Part shown: positions 15,591 through 27,911 of the stretch, one piece after another
Layout: the number at the start of each line of letters is the position of its first letter
Position numbering within the stretch: position 1 is the stretch's first letter
Source of the DNA: Geosiphon pyriformis uo1
Lineage: Eukaryota; Fungi; Glomeromycota
Assembly (NCBI GenBank): GCA_016748015.1
Contig: JAAOMT010000671.1
Span: 1-64,000 of the forward strand
Direction of reading: 5' to 3'
Length of the DNA: 64,000 nt
Notes under the pieces: generated by a model
Databases searched by the model: none
What the model saw: only the letters and a program-made list of their open reading frames with translations
Told to the model about the DNA's origin: nothing
Position numbers and translations under genes: made by a program

Positions 15591-16512
15591 TGTTACTTGA
15601 AGAAAAAAAGCCTATCAAAGAAAGAAGAAAAAAATGTGACCTGAAAAAAAATGTGATGAAACATGAAGGAACACAGAATAGTACACAATAACGTTGGATA
15701 ATGTATTATAATGTTAGATAATATGTTATAATATAGGATAATGTATTATAATGTAGGATAACATAGAATAATATGTAATAACATCAGATAATGTGTTATA
15801 ACATAGGATAATTAATTATAACATAAGAAAAACGAAGCAATAGCTAGCAAAAACAGATAATTTAAAGCAATCCTGTAAAACTAAAAAATACATATATATA
15901 GCAGTAGCATTAGAAATAGAAAAAAAGAAGGCAGAAACAAAAATTTTTTAGTTACTGTTCCCTAGTTAAAAACCATAGCATTCCAAAATATCAATAAATA
16001 TACTTATTCAGCATCTCAAATCCAGTTGTTCACTATCAACTCTAAATGATAATAATAATTAATACTTAAAAACACATGGGAACAATAATCTTTGATTATG
16101 GCTATTAACAAGATACTAACTTATATTGCCTTGGCTTATTGTCTTTATTTTTCTTTATCTCTTTTATTTTTGTCTTTATTTTTGTTGTGTATACTAATTG
16201 ATTGAGGATTAAGTGCTAAGTATTGACATCAAAAATTGCCTGGTAAAAGACTCCTGTGAGTAGATAGAATATGTAAGAATTATGGATTGCTTACTAAAAG
16301 ATTGCTGGCCATTATGCTGAGAAAAAAATTGATGGAATTGCAATTCCAGGAAGCTACAGATAAAATAACACAGGAATTTCTGTCCATTATACAAAGAACT
16401 CCAATCAAAACCTTCAGATTAAAACATTTTCAGATATTACTAACATCATCAATTAAGCACTAAGTTACAGATTTGTTATTTGCTTTGAAACCCCAAATAA
16501 TCATCTGTAATA
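15591..16512 (+). repeat. Gypsy-1 5' LTR, with ~20-bp internal tandem repeats at about 15690-15825
   Basis: TGTTACTTG...TGTAATA, colinear with 27032-27911. Confidence 0.92.
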
Positions 16513-16768
16513 TTTGGTGCTTTCTATAAGGTATAATTCTACAGAAAACCAGCACCAACAACAATTATCCAAAAGTGGCAGAATCGGAAATCATAGGAGC
16601 AAACCATTTAGGATTTGCCAAATTTTTGTTTTAACAGTACAGCCAACAGTTAAGATTAAACAACAACTATTTCCCAGCAGAATCAGCTTTCAACTTTTAT
16701 GTTAACAATAAAATTACAGACTGCTTAGGAAAAACAGTTAACATTGAATCGACAAAAGAAAATTTCTA

Positions 16769-18022
16769 TAGTGCAGATTATTTATAGTCATCAAACAATT
16801 TATATAATTTTAAATTATATCTAGTCTTCCAATTTTAATAATATTAAAAAACTAAATTGTAAATATGTTAAATTAAGTTTTTCTCTTTTACATTTATGGT
16901 TTAATTTTTTGAATTATATTATAATTTATAAAGTTATTAAAGTTTAAAATTAGCCACTTTTATTATTAATTTTTAATTTTCAGATGCCAATCAATCAGAT
17001 TTTAGCCAATCAGCAATCACTAAAGTTATGTCACCACATGATAAATCATCGAAGTATTATCATTTTCAGAAAGGCTTTTAATTAATATTAATCTAATCTT
17101 TAGATGGTCACTTTTTTATAAAGATATAATATCTTTTGGCCTGCATGTTTTCTGCTAGTGACACAACATCATTAACTATGAATATTTTATTCATACCACT
17201 ACTATATTCGGTTGTCATTATTGAAACAGAAACCCAAATATCAATATTGTTTACACCAGGCATCAAAAAAATCATAAAAGTACTATAAGTGATTGTCAGA
17301 GAATTTGGGAATGTTATTTGTACTCTATTTGTAACCTTGTGTTATTATAATATAGATACTTACTTTGAATTTACAAATAACCTTTCAATGACTATAATGT
17401 TGTATTTTAAAAAATTGCTTGAATCTAAGAGATATACAAAATTCTCTGTAATAAAGATTTCTGGTTAAATTTAATATTTGAATAATAAATTATACCAAAA
17501 AAAAATATAACGACTAAAATACCTATTGTGTATTCAACTGAATCATGATCTAGTTTTAAAATTAGTTTCTTAGGTTGTAAAAAAAATTTTAATTGTTGAA
17601 TATTTCAACAACTTATTAGAATGTGATATATAATAGCTTATCACAATAATCAAGAAACTTACATCAGTTGGTGTTAATTTAGGGAAATCAGATTGGAATT
17701 GAAAGATCTTTGGCTTTACCTTGATTAAAAAAACTGAAGTTGTCTTAAAGCCTATAACTTTAAATAACTCTTTTTTGTTAGTGTTGTACATTTTCTAACA
17801 AATTCATTTTGATACAAAAAATGTATGAAACATATTAGTTTAAGTAGATAAACCCAGATTTTTTTGTAAAAGCCTAATAAACTTCTTACTTATAAATAAT
17901 ATATTAAAAACACATGTATATTAACCAATAAAATTTAATTATATAAATAAAAACATGTAAAAATTGTCATTTAAAATTTCAGACTGATCTATATTTTTGA
18001 TGATTATAAATGGTTTGCATTA
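16769..18022. mobile_element. Non-autonomous TIR DNA transposon (Tc1/mariner-like, TA TSD) inside Gypsy-1
   Basis: Left end TAGTGCAGATTATTTATAGTCATCAAA versus reverse complement of the right end TAATGCAAACCATTTATAATCATCAAA. TA on both sides. Removing it restores the host frame AAT-TTC-TAT-ACA-GAA. Confidence 0.8.
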
Positions 18023-18745
18023 TATACAGAATTATTTTAACATATCAGCTTACCAAGAAACCACAGTTTTGTATCAATCATCAAGGAAATCAATCAAACC
18101 ATTAAAAGATACACCCAACAACAATTCCCTATCACTTATGCAAACAAAAACAAAGGAAGATTGCAAACACCAGTAGTAACACCCAAAAAGATACAACCAC
18201 CCACTTAGAAGAAAACCAGAGTTGAATTATCAATCAATCTATCATACTATTATATATCAGAAAGTATTATTAACATCTCTTTAGCAGACATGTCTACATT
18301 AAATGTGACATCAACCTTTAGATGATTCCTATTTCAAAGTAAACAAAAAAGAGCAGAATTATTAGGACCATACAGCAAATATTTTGAAGGATTTAAATCA
18401 CAATCACCAATGCTATCAGGATTTTGATTACTACCACCTCCACCAAACTTTGAAACAACTGATCCATGGGAAGTAATGGAATCAGAAGAAGAGAAAAAAA
18501 AAAGTGAGAATCAGGAATTTACTTACCAAAACTTGATCTTAGAAAATCTGAAAGCTGAAATTCTGAATATTCAAATCCAGCAAACTCGAAACAATTCAAA
18601 CTCTGAAACAATTAATCAGCAAAACTTACCTTCAGTAATTGTCATCAATTAGCCACCAATTGAACTGATTATCAAACTGATTTAACAGCAGCCACTTTAG
18701 CAATCTATTCAATAACTACCACTACCACAACAACTGATCACACAA

Positions 18746-20410
18746 ATGGCATATGTACCCATCACAAAGCTAGAAAAATTTTCTGGTGAAGAGAATGACA
18801 TCCAAATGTGGATTAATGACATCACCAAAGCCATCACTGCCAATAACTGGGATAATGCCAGAGCTCTTCAAGCAATCCTCTATTTTCTTTAGGATGCTGT
18901 CAACTTATGGTATCATAACCTAGCTCAGAAACCCTTAACATTCAATATATTTAAATTAGAATTTTTAAGATACTTTAGTAATAGCAACAGCATCAACTGC
19001 TTAGCCAACATCTTTACTATCATTAAGCAAGGAGAAACTGAAGCAGTTACTACTTACTTGGGACACTTCTACAGAAATCTGTGCCAAATTTAGGCAATAC
19101 AGGTCAATTATTTCACAGCGCCACAAATCTTAAACCAATTTATTAGAGGCCTACACAGTAACATCCTTCAATGCATATGTTCCTTGCATCTAGCAGATCT
19201 TCAAGCCACTATTATAAATGCCAGAGATTTTGAAGCAGCTGAACTCGAAGCCAACTATTCCAAATTAAAACAATTCAGTAATTTAATTAATCAGAAACTA
19301 AAAGGATATTTAGCTGACAATTGAGTAATTTATTAGTCTCTACAATGATACAATAATTCAGAAAACACAAATTGTTTCTGAAATCAGTCACATTTTTCAT
19401 TATTATCATCTAATTAGCTATGGCAGCAAGAAACGCATAGTTGCTACAATTGTGGTAAACAAGGTCACATCAGAGCTAACTGCCAAGTTTATAGCAATAA
19501 TCTATAATCAGAGAATCAAAATCAAAACTCCAATCACAGATTTCAAACTTCGAACCACTATTTAAATCAAGATCATTATCAATTACACTACACTCAAATA
19601 GCACAACAACCAATTTACCAAACTTCAGCACCAGTTATCTACCAGCCACAGCTGCAAGTGATATATCTGCCATAACAAATTTAAACCCTGCCACACAATT
19701 CAATTTAGATGTTACCCAGAAACCAAAGACCAAGAATCATTCAGCAAAACTGGAGATCAGTGATGGTTGTACATTAACTGATCTCCAGTTTATCCAACCA
19801 CGCCTTAGGATCACATTCCAGGAATTTGGGAAATGAGTACAACCAAAATCAGAGTTCTTAGAACTATCTGAGTCTTCTGATTACCCCAAAAAATGTCTCG
19901 ACCAATAACAACCTGGAAACCTCCTAAAGCAAACAATCAATAACAACATACCTCCAACCATCATTACAAATAATGAATCATTAGCAGCCATTTTTCTTTT
20001 TGAAATCAAGGGACCAACCAAAACCCTTCTCTTTAGTGAAACTGCCCTTGATATGAAACTTATTATTGCTATATACCAAGGTCAATGGACAGACTATCAA
20101 GCTGATTCTAAATAGTAGTTCAGCAGGCAGCATTATTACATGACAACTCATGAACCAATTAGGTTGCCGAGTTAATCATGCTGCCAGCGCCAGAATTATC
20201 ACTGCTAATGGAGCCACCAAAACTTCAATTGGCAAAATCGACAATTTTCTCATTAAAGTCAATAGTATCATTGTATCAATCAAGGTTTTAGTCATGGAAA
20301 CCACCCAGTACCAAGCTCTCATTGGTAATAACTGGCTGTTTAAAACCAATGCCATGCTCAACTGGAACACCTAGGAGCTACAGCTCAGCCAAAATGGCAG
20401 CATACTAGAG
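18746..20410 (+). pseudogene. gag: Gypsy-1 gag (CCHC zinc knuckle) and aspartic protease, with stops
   Basis: MAYVPITKLEKFSGEEND... capsid start. CYNCGKQGHIRANC at about 19442-19483. Protease site LILNSSSAGS (from D-S-G-S) near 20101 and ALIGNNWL. Confidence 0.85.
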
Positions 20411-21560
20411 TACCAGCCATCTGTGGACATTTTAAGACCACTACAACCGCACCACTAATTGAATTTAAGGAAGAAGAGAAGAAATCTATCTGAGAAGCCT
20501 ACCAAGTTTCATGGACCAACACCGATCACAATGAATTATCACCAATACTGTCTTGGAACAACAAAGGGAAAGGAAAAAAAGAAAACAAGCCACAAGAAGA
20601 TACCACCAATAAAATTACCAGTGGCTGGGAAAGTTTTTATTCAACCAACACCAGACCAAAACCACCCTATATCTCACTTCAATACAAAAACTGCAAAAAA
20701 AAGTTGTTCTCCATGGGAGCTTGGGTTGTATCTGACAAAGACTACTGGATACAAACCCATTACTATTGCAAACCATATTACCGTAAATGCTACAGCTATC
20801 CAAAATGCCAAGACAAATGGGACAACAAACTATGTCTCACTTGTGGTAAACAACTGCTTGACAAAGAGATATAGAACAACATTCCTGGTTGAGAAGGAAT
20901 CTGTGACACATCATGTCAATACACAATTTTTATTAATGACTGGATAAGTCGAGAAACCCCAATAACTGCAGTCTGGTATCAAGCAATCTCTCGTCTGGAT
21001 GGTTACCCACATGACAAAGGCAAGATTTAGAGAATGGCCAATACCAAGATAGAAGGTGCTTTGCCCAGTAAGATCTTAGAAATAAAGAACAATTTTTCTG
21101 AACCAGTTGAAGTTGTTCTTATTCTCAACACTTTTTTAGATATTGAAACAGGCCCAGAGGAATTCCATGAACATTACCAAAATTTAGCACCCACTTAAAA
21201 GGAACAAGAACAGTGCTTGGAAAAAATAAACACCTAATTATGTGACCACTGTTTAATTCTATGTGACTTTTAGTATTGTAATAAGTGTATTCTTATCTAC
21301 AATCTAATACCACGCAAGATCTACATGATTCCAGAAGAGGAAGAACCAATTAGCAGCTATGCATCAAAATTGGATTCAATTTTTAATTCCGATTCAAATC
21401 CAATGATGATGACAACAACAATTCCAGCTCTGTTCAAAATGGCAACAGCAATAACAATGGTGATTTAAACTCAGATTCAGACTTCAAACAGTACATCACA
21501 CTTCCTGATCTCTCCAAGAAGCAAGAACTCAAATGGTTCAGTAACAACAATAAAGGTATT

Positions 21561-22103
21561 ATGCCAGAACATGTACATAATACTGATGTAAAATTTGATC
21601 TGAGATATCCAAGAAAAAATACCATCAAATTGGAACTACATTCACACACCTGTATTGATCTCAAAGTTGCACTGGAAATCCCAACAACAAAAATGGTTCA
21701 ATTAGCATCTAGAAGTAGCTTAGCAAGAAAAGAAATCAACATTAGAGGAGGAATAATTAACACTGAATATGTGGGAAATATTATTGCTATGCTACAAAAT
21801 GACTCAGAAAAGGTCTATATTATAGAGCCAAACAAAAAGATAGCACAAGCAATATTTCTGCTTCTGGTTAAAATAACTCAATTAGTATCAGTGGAAAACA
21901 GGAAAAAATTAGAAATTACAGCTAGAGAAATACAAAGATTTGGATCAATGGGTAGAATAGATATACCAGTCAATATAGCAAAAGAAGGGGTTATTGACAA
22001 GAGAGAAATTATATCCAACTGTCAATTAATTTCTATTTCACCATATGACCAATACATGTTAACCATAGAAAAAAAAAATAAAGGATTAGGCACAAATTTT
22101 TGA
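21561..22103 (+). pseudogene. dut: Retroelement-encoded trimeric dUTPase domain
   Basis: All five dUTPase motifs are recognisable though mutated: (V)KFDL, SRSSLA, GGIINTEYVG, KIAQ, REIQRFGSMG. Confidence 0.88.
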
Positions 22104-22377
22104 AGTGGAACCAATCATTTGCAAATTAAGAGAAATTGGACTTATCAATCTCTACATACCAGCCAAAAACAAGAACCATATCAAAATTTCCATCTACAAT
22201 GCAACAGAAAATGTTATAGAAATACCAAAAGGAACCACCATTAAATATTTAAGCACTGAAGTTGAAGAACAGACACCAAATCCCATTTCAGATTTCTCAC
22301 AGCTTTGTGGATATGTGAATATCACATCACAAACAATTTACAGCTGAAACAAATATTATCTGCTTCAATTAAAACAA

Positions 22378-25300
22378 TTGGAACAAATAAACATAGGAAA
22401 CTTAGACCCACTTCAATGTATGCAGCTCAAAATATTACTTAACAACTTTAATGACATCTTTGCTAGTAAAAATAAATTTGGCCATACTGACATCATTCAA
22501 CATCAGATTAAAACTGGAGATGTGATGCCAATAAAACAACAAGCATATAGAGTACCACCAGCCAGTCATGAAATCATTTGTCAAGAAATCAATCAAATGT
22601 TTGACAACGGACTAATTCAATCATCAATGAGCCCATGGTCATTACCAATAGTACTAATCTGTAAGAAAAATGGGAAAATCCACTTTTGTATGGATTACAA
22701 GAAACTGAATAGAGTAACAAAAGCAGATAGCTACCCAACTCCAAAGATCCAAGAACTGTTTGATGCTTTTGGAGAAAAGAAATGGTTCTCAACTTTGGAC
22801 TTAGACAGTAGTTACTGGTAAGTAGCCATGAAACTGGAAGATAAAAAGAAAACGGCTTTTACAACACAAGAAAAGAATTTCGAATTTAAAGTAATGCCAT
22901 TTGGTTTGATGAATACACCAGCCACCTTTCAACAACTAATGGAAATTGTTTACACCAGACTACTATAGAAATTAGTAGTTGTTTACTTAGATAACACAAA
23001 TGTGTTCTCCAAGATATTTAATAATCATTTACATCATCTTCAATAAGTGTTTAAAAGACTAAAAAGAGCTGGATTAAAATTAAATGCAACCAAGTGTTTC
23101 TTTGAAAAAACTAAACTCAAGTTTTTAGGACATGTTGTAAGCAAAAATAGTATCAAAATGGATCCAGACAAGATTGAGATAGTCAAAAACTTTCCAGTAC
23201 CAACCAACTTGACAGAACTAAGAACATTCTTGGAATTTGCTGGATACTATTGCTGCTTTATCAAAGACTTTTCTAAACTGGCCCAGCCATTACACCAGCT
23301 CCAATCAAAAAACATCAAGTATGAATGGACAGAAAACTAGCAAGAAGCTTTTAACATATTAAGAAAAAAGCTTATTCAAGCTCCAGTATTGATGTATCCA
23401 GATCATAGCAAACTATTCATCATTACTACCAATGCATCAGACCAAGCATTGGGAGCAGTATTATCACAAAAAAAACTGGATGAAAGAGAACATCCAGTAG
23501 CATACACCAGTTGAAGTTTGAATCTAGCTAAAAAGAACTATAAAACACCAGTATTAGAACACTTAACAATCTATTGGGCAGTTATAAAATAGAAAGAATA
23601 CTTAAGTCAGAATTTCAACATATACACTGATCATAAAGGATTGACTTTAATCCAGAAGCAAAAATTTGGAGATGATCATTATGCTCGATAGAAAATAGAA
23701 CTTTCACCATTTAAATATATCATACACTACAAAAAAAGAAAAAAAAATAGAAATGCTGATGGTTTATCACAAATAAGACAAATCTAAGAATACTTTAACC
23801 CAAAAAGATAACAAAAAATGAATAAACAAAAATATTAACAACTTCAACATTTTATAAATATCCAATAGTTCAAGAAGAAATTATCTCAAAAGAAACAAAA
23901 CCATATTAAACAACAGTCCAAATATTTTATCACTCACCAAAATATACTTTATCAAAAAAACAGAAAGAATTCAGATCAACCAACCAAAGTAATCACAGAA
24001 ACAGAAAAAGAAACAATATTATTCAACATGCACTCCAATCCAACAGCAGGACATTTTTACAAAGAAGCAACCATAAAAAGAACCAAAAATAAATACTATT
24101 GGCCATTCATGTATCCAGATATCATCTAATATGTGCAAAATTGTGATGCTTGTTAGAAAAGAGAAGAAACAAGACCTAATGAGCCATTAAAACCAATCAA
24201 AGTAGAACAACTATTCAAGCAAATTGGAATTGACTTAGTCAGATTATTAACAATAACTAGCAGAGGGAACAGATACATCACAGTAGTCATGGATTATCTC
24301 ACTAAATGGCCAGAAGCAAAAGCAATTTAAAGAGCGGATGCAGAATCCATTGCCAAATTCATCTATCAAGATCTGATTTGTTGACACAGATGTCCAAAAG
24401 AATTATTATCTGACCAAGGAACTTACTTTGTAAATAGAACATTAACAGAATTGAGTCAAAGATTTGGAATGAAAAGACCATTATCATTACCATATCACCC
24501 ACAAACCAATGGATTAGTTGAAAGATTCAATAGAACATTGTGTGAAACAATAGCTAAAATCAGCCAAAAAAACCAGAACAAATAAGATTTGTTCATACCA
24601 TCAGTATTATTTGCTTATTAGACAATAAAGCAAGATACTACACAAGCAACACTATTTGAATTAGTATATGGTAGAACAGCAACATTACCAGTTGAGATAA
24701 AGGTCAATACATATCTAATAGAATCAATAACAGAAGACAATTTCCAAGAAACATTGCTGAAAAAAACTTATAATATAATAGAAACACTAAAAAACAAATG
24801 GCGAAAAGCAGTTAATAACATTCAAAAATCACAAGAAAAACAAAAAGAAAGACATTGTTACCAGAGGTTTTTGGTCTCTTTTCTGTAATGTTGTTGATAC
24901 TTATTTGCTGTGAATTCACGTTTTCTGGATGTGGTTAAATCTTCAATAACTGAATTTATCTTCAAATTATCTCCTATAATTTGAACTGCTAGGCTTATAA
25001 GTGGAATGGCCAATTCCTTGTCAGTTACTTTATGTAGTTACATTGTAGTAAACATCAACTCTTTCTCAGGAATTGCTCATCTGGAAGCTCACTAAAAATA
25101 TGTAGTTACTTTGCTGTGAAAGTCAACTCTTCTACAGAAATCTCATCTGTAGGCTACCCTAATAATTGTAATAAAAAAAATAAAAGAAAATAAACGAAAT
25201 GTAAAAGAAATAGAATTTTGTCAAGAGAAACGTTTTCTATTCAGGCCTGGAGTCACTAACAGTTTATTGAAATTAGTAGCTAATCAATTTCAAAACATTA

Positions 25301-26170
25301 GTTGGGTTTTGGAGATTTTCCAAGTGTAATAATTAAAGAATTTGGTTTTTTTTTGAATTATTTGATATTTATTTCTTTTGTGTGTGTAAAAATGGTTCTA
25401 AGTGATCTAAAGTAAGATACATTTTCTCGAAAAGAGAAGCTCTTCTTTTATACAACTTGTCATAACACTATTCTATGAACTTGTACTTTGCTATTTTCTA
25501 CAATTTCACTGAACTAAAGATACATTTCAGCGAACTACAAGTTATTTCTGCAAACTATTTAGATATTTTGGTGAACTATCAATTATTTCGGTGAATTTCT
25601 ATAAATTTCGGCAAACTTTTGAATGTTACATAGTTTGGGGTATTGCATGATTGATTATTGCAATTAGGTTACATTTGTGTTGTGTACAATTTGAGTTATT
25701 AATTAAATGATAATTTCGGACATTCTTTGCTAATATAATAAGTGATAATTTGAAACGATAATATATGCTAATTAATGATAGGAATTATAAGATAGTTTCA
25801 TGTTAAATGATATCTCTAATTTCATTTGGTAACAGCATGATAACCAATTACCAGATAAATCAGTTAAATTCAGGATTGGAAACAAAGTACTGTTATATTG
25901 TACCAAAGTAAAAAAACAGTGAAATAGAAAGTTTGATCCAAAATGAGACAGATCATTTCACATACATGAAATTTTAGAAAACAGATCTTATAAGTTACAA
26001 TTAGAAAACAGAATTCTGAAAAAGACAGCATATAGAAATTATTTAAAAATTTATCAAACACAAAGATCAACATTAATAGAACCACAACTAAAAGCACAAA
26101 TTCTATTAATCAGACCAGAAGATATACCACGAGATATAGAACCAATAATAATCATCAAGACATAGCTACA
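22378..26170 (+). pseudogene. pol: Gypsy-1 RT, RNase H and integrase (integrase split by the solo LTR at 24856-25834)
   Basis: [38 protein letters not shown] (from YLDD), KLKFLGHVVS, H...GH...C..C, YHPQTNGLVERFNRTL. Confidence 0.92.
24856..25834 (-). mobile_element. Solo LTR of a third family, inserted in the Gypsy-1 integrase
   Basis: Perfect 8-bp terminal inverted ends TGTTACCA...TGGTAACA. TSD ACAT/GCAT. Removal restores KERHDNQLPD. A TATAAAAAG on the minus strand suggests reverse orientation. Confidence 0.88.
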
Positions 26171-27031
26171 CACATGCTGAAATCTAGATATTACATGCAT
26201 ATAAGCCTTGAGATTACAAAGAAGAAAATGATAGAAATTTCAAACATAGACTTTTCAGACAAAATTTTAAAATTATTTAAACAATTATTAAACAAAATTT
26301 AAAAATCTACATCTCAAATAGAAATTATAATCGATAAAAAAAAGATAAGATATAGAGATAAGAGGAAGAGAAAAATGGGTAAGAATTCAACTAGAACTAA
26401 CCATTCCCATCCCTACACTCTGCCTGAGAAGGAAATTTCACAAAAAAGAATTAAATATACTTCTTAGGCAGAACATGGAAAAAAAGGAGGGGAGGAAAAA
26501 GAAGGAATGGAAAAATTAGATAGAAGACAAAAACAATTATATACAACATACTTGGTCTTCAAGCTAGAAAAAATTAAAAAATCTTTAACTTATAGAACCG
26601 AACTCCCCAAAACAGGAGAGTAAACACCAGACAATGCCCAAAAGTAGAAAGAAAGACCTTCTCCAATATATTGGTTTTACAAAATTGGAGAACAACTAGA
26701 CTTAGAAAACCCATATGGAGACTATAACCAGAAAACTTTCAACAAAGAAACAATGCAACAAGTAGAAAAATTTGTAGAAAGGAGCAACCTGACACTACAC
26801 TACAAAACAACATGTTGATTATACATCACTTTTCAACATTGTCCAAATATATTATTGGATAGATCTTTGAAAAAGATAACAGTCAACAACATAGGATGAA
26901 TAACCAATCAACAATTCAAAGATCTACAAAAAACCATAGTCAACATAACCATCGAACATTACACAAACAAAGTTTTATCAACAGACATAACTGATTTTGC
27001 AGAAGCTCAATATTAAAAAAAGAAGAGATAA

Positions 27032-27911
27032 TATTACTTGAAGAAAGAAAGCCTATCAAAGAAAGAAAAAAAAAAGTGACCTGAAGAAAAATGTGATGAA
27101 ATATGAAGGAACACAGAATAGTGTGCAATAATGTAGAATAACATATTATAATATAGAATAACATAGAATAATGTGTAATAATGTCAGATAATATGTTATA
27201 ACATAGAATAATTAGTTATAACATAAGAAAAACGAAGTGATAGCTAGCAAAAACAGACAATCCAAAGCAATCCTGTAAAACTAGAAAATACACATATATA
27301 GCAGTAGCATTAGAAGCAGAAAAAAAGAAGGCAGAAACAAAAATTCCTTAGTTATTATTCCCTAGTTAGAAACTATAGCATTCCAAAATATCAATAAATA
27401 TACTTATTTAGCATTTCAAATTTAGTTGTTTGCTATCAACTCTAAATAGTGATAGTAATTAATACTTAAAAACACACAAGAACAATAGCCCTTGATCACG
27501 GCTATTGATGGAATACTAACTTATATTGCCTTGGCTTATTGTCTTTATTTTTTTTATCTCTTTTATTTTTGTCTTTATTTTTGTTGTATATACTAATTGA
27601 TTGAAGATTAAGCACTAAATATTGATGTTAAAAATTGTCTGGTAAAAGATCTCTGCAAGTAGATAGAATGCATAAAAATTATAGATTGCTTACCAGAGGA
27701 TTGCCGGCCACCACACTAAGAAAAAAATTGATGAAATTGTGATTCCAGGAAGCTATAGATAAAATAACATGGGAATCTCTGTTCATTATACAAAGAACTC
27801 CAATCAAAACCTTCAGATTAAAACACTTTTAGACATTACTAACATCATCAATTGAGCACCAAGTTACAGGTTTGTTATTTGCTTTGAGACTCCAAATAAT
27901 CATCTGTAATA
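27032..27911 (+). repeat. Gypsy-1 3' LTR
   Basis: TATTACTTG...TGTAATA, homologous to the 5' LTR. Confidence 0.92.

Larger units (their letters stand above)
15591..27911 (+). mobile_element. Ty3/Gypsy LTR retrotransposon 1 (gag-PR-Cys-rich-dUTPase-RT-RH-IN-ORF3), degenerate
   Basis: LTRs at 15591-16512 and 27032-27911. PBS-like TGGTGCTTTCTATAAGG follows the 5' LTR and a purine tract AAAAAAAGAAGAGATAA precedes the 3' LTR. 4-bp TSD ATAT/ACAT. Domain order is PR-RT-RH-IN. Confidence 0.95.
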
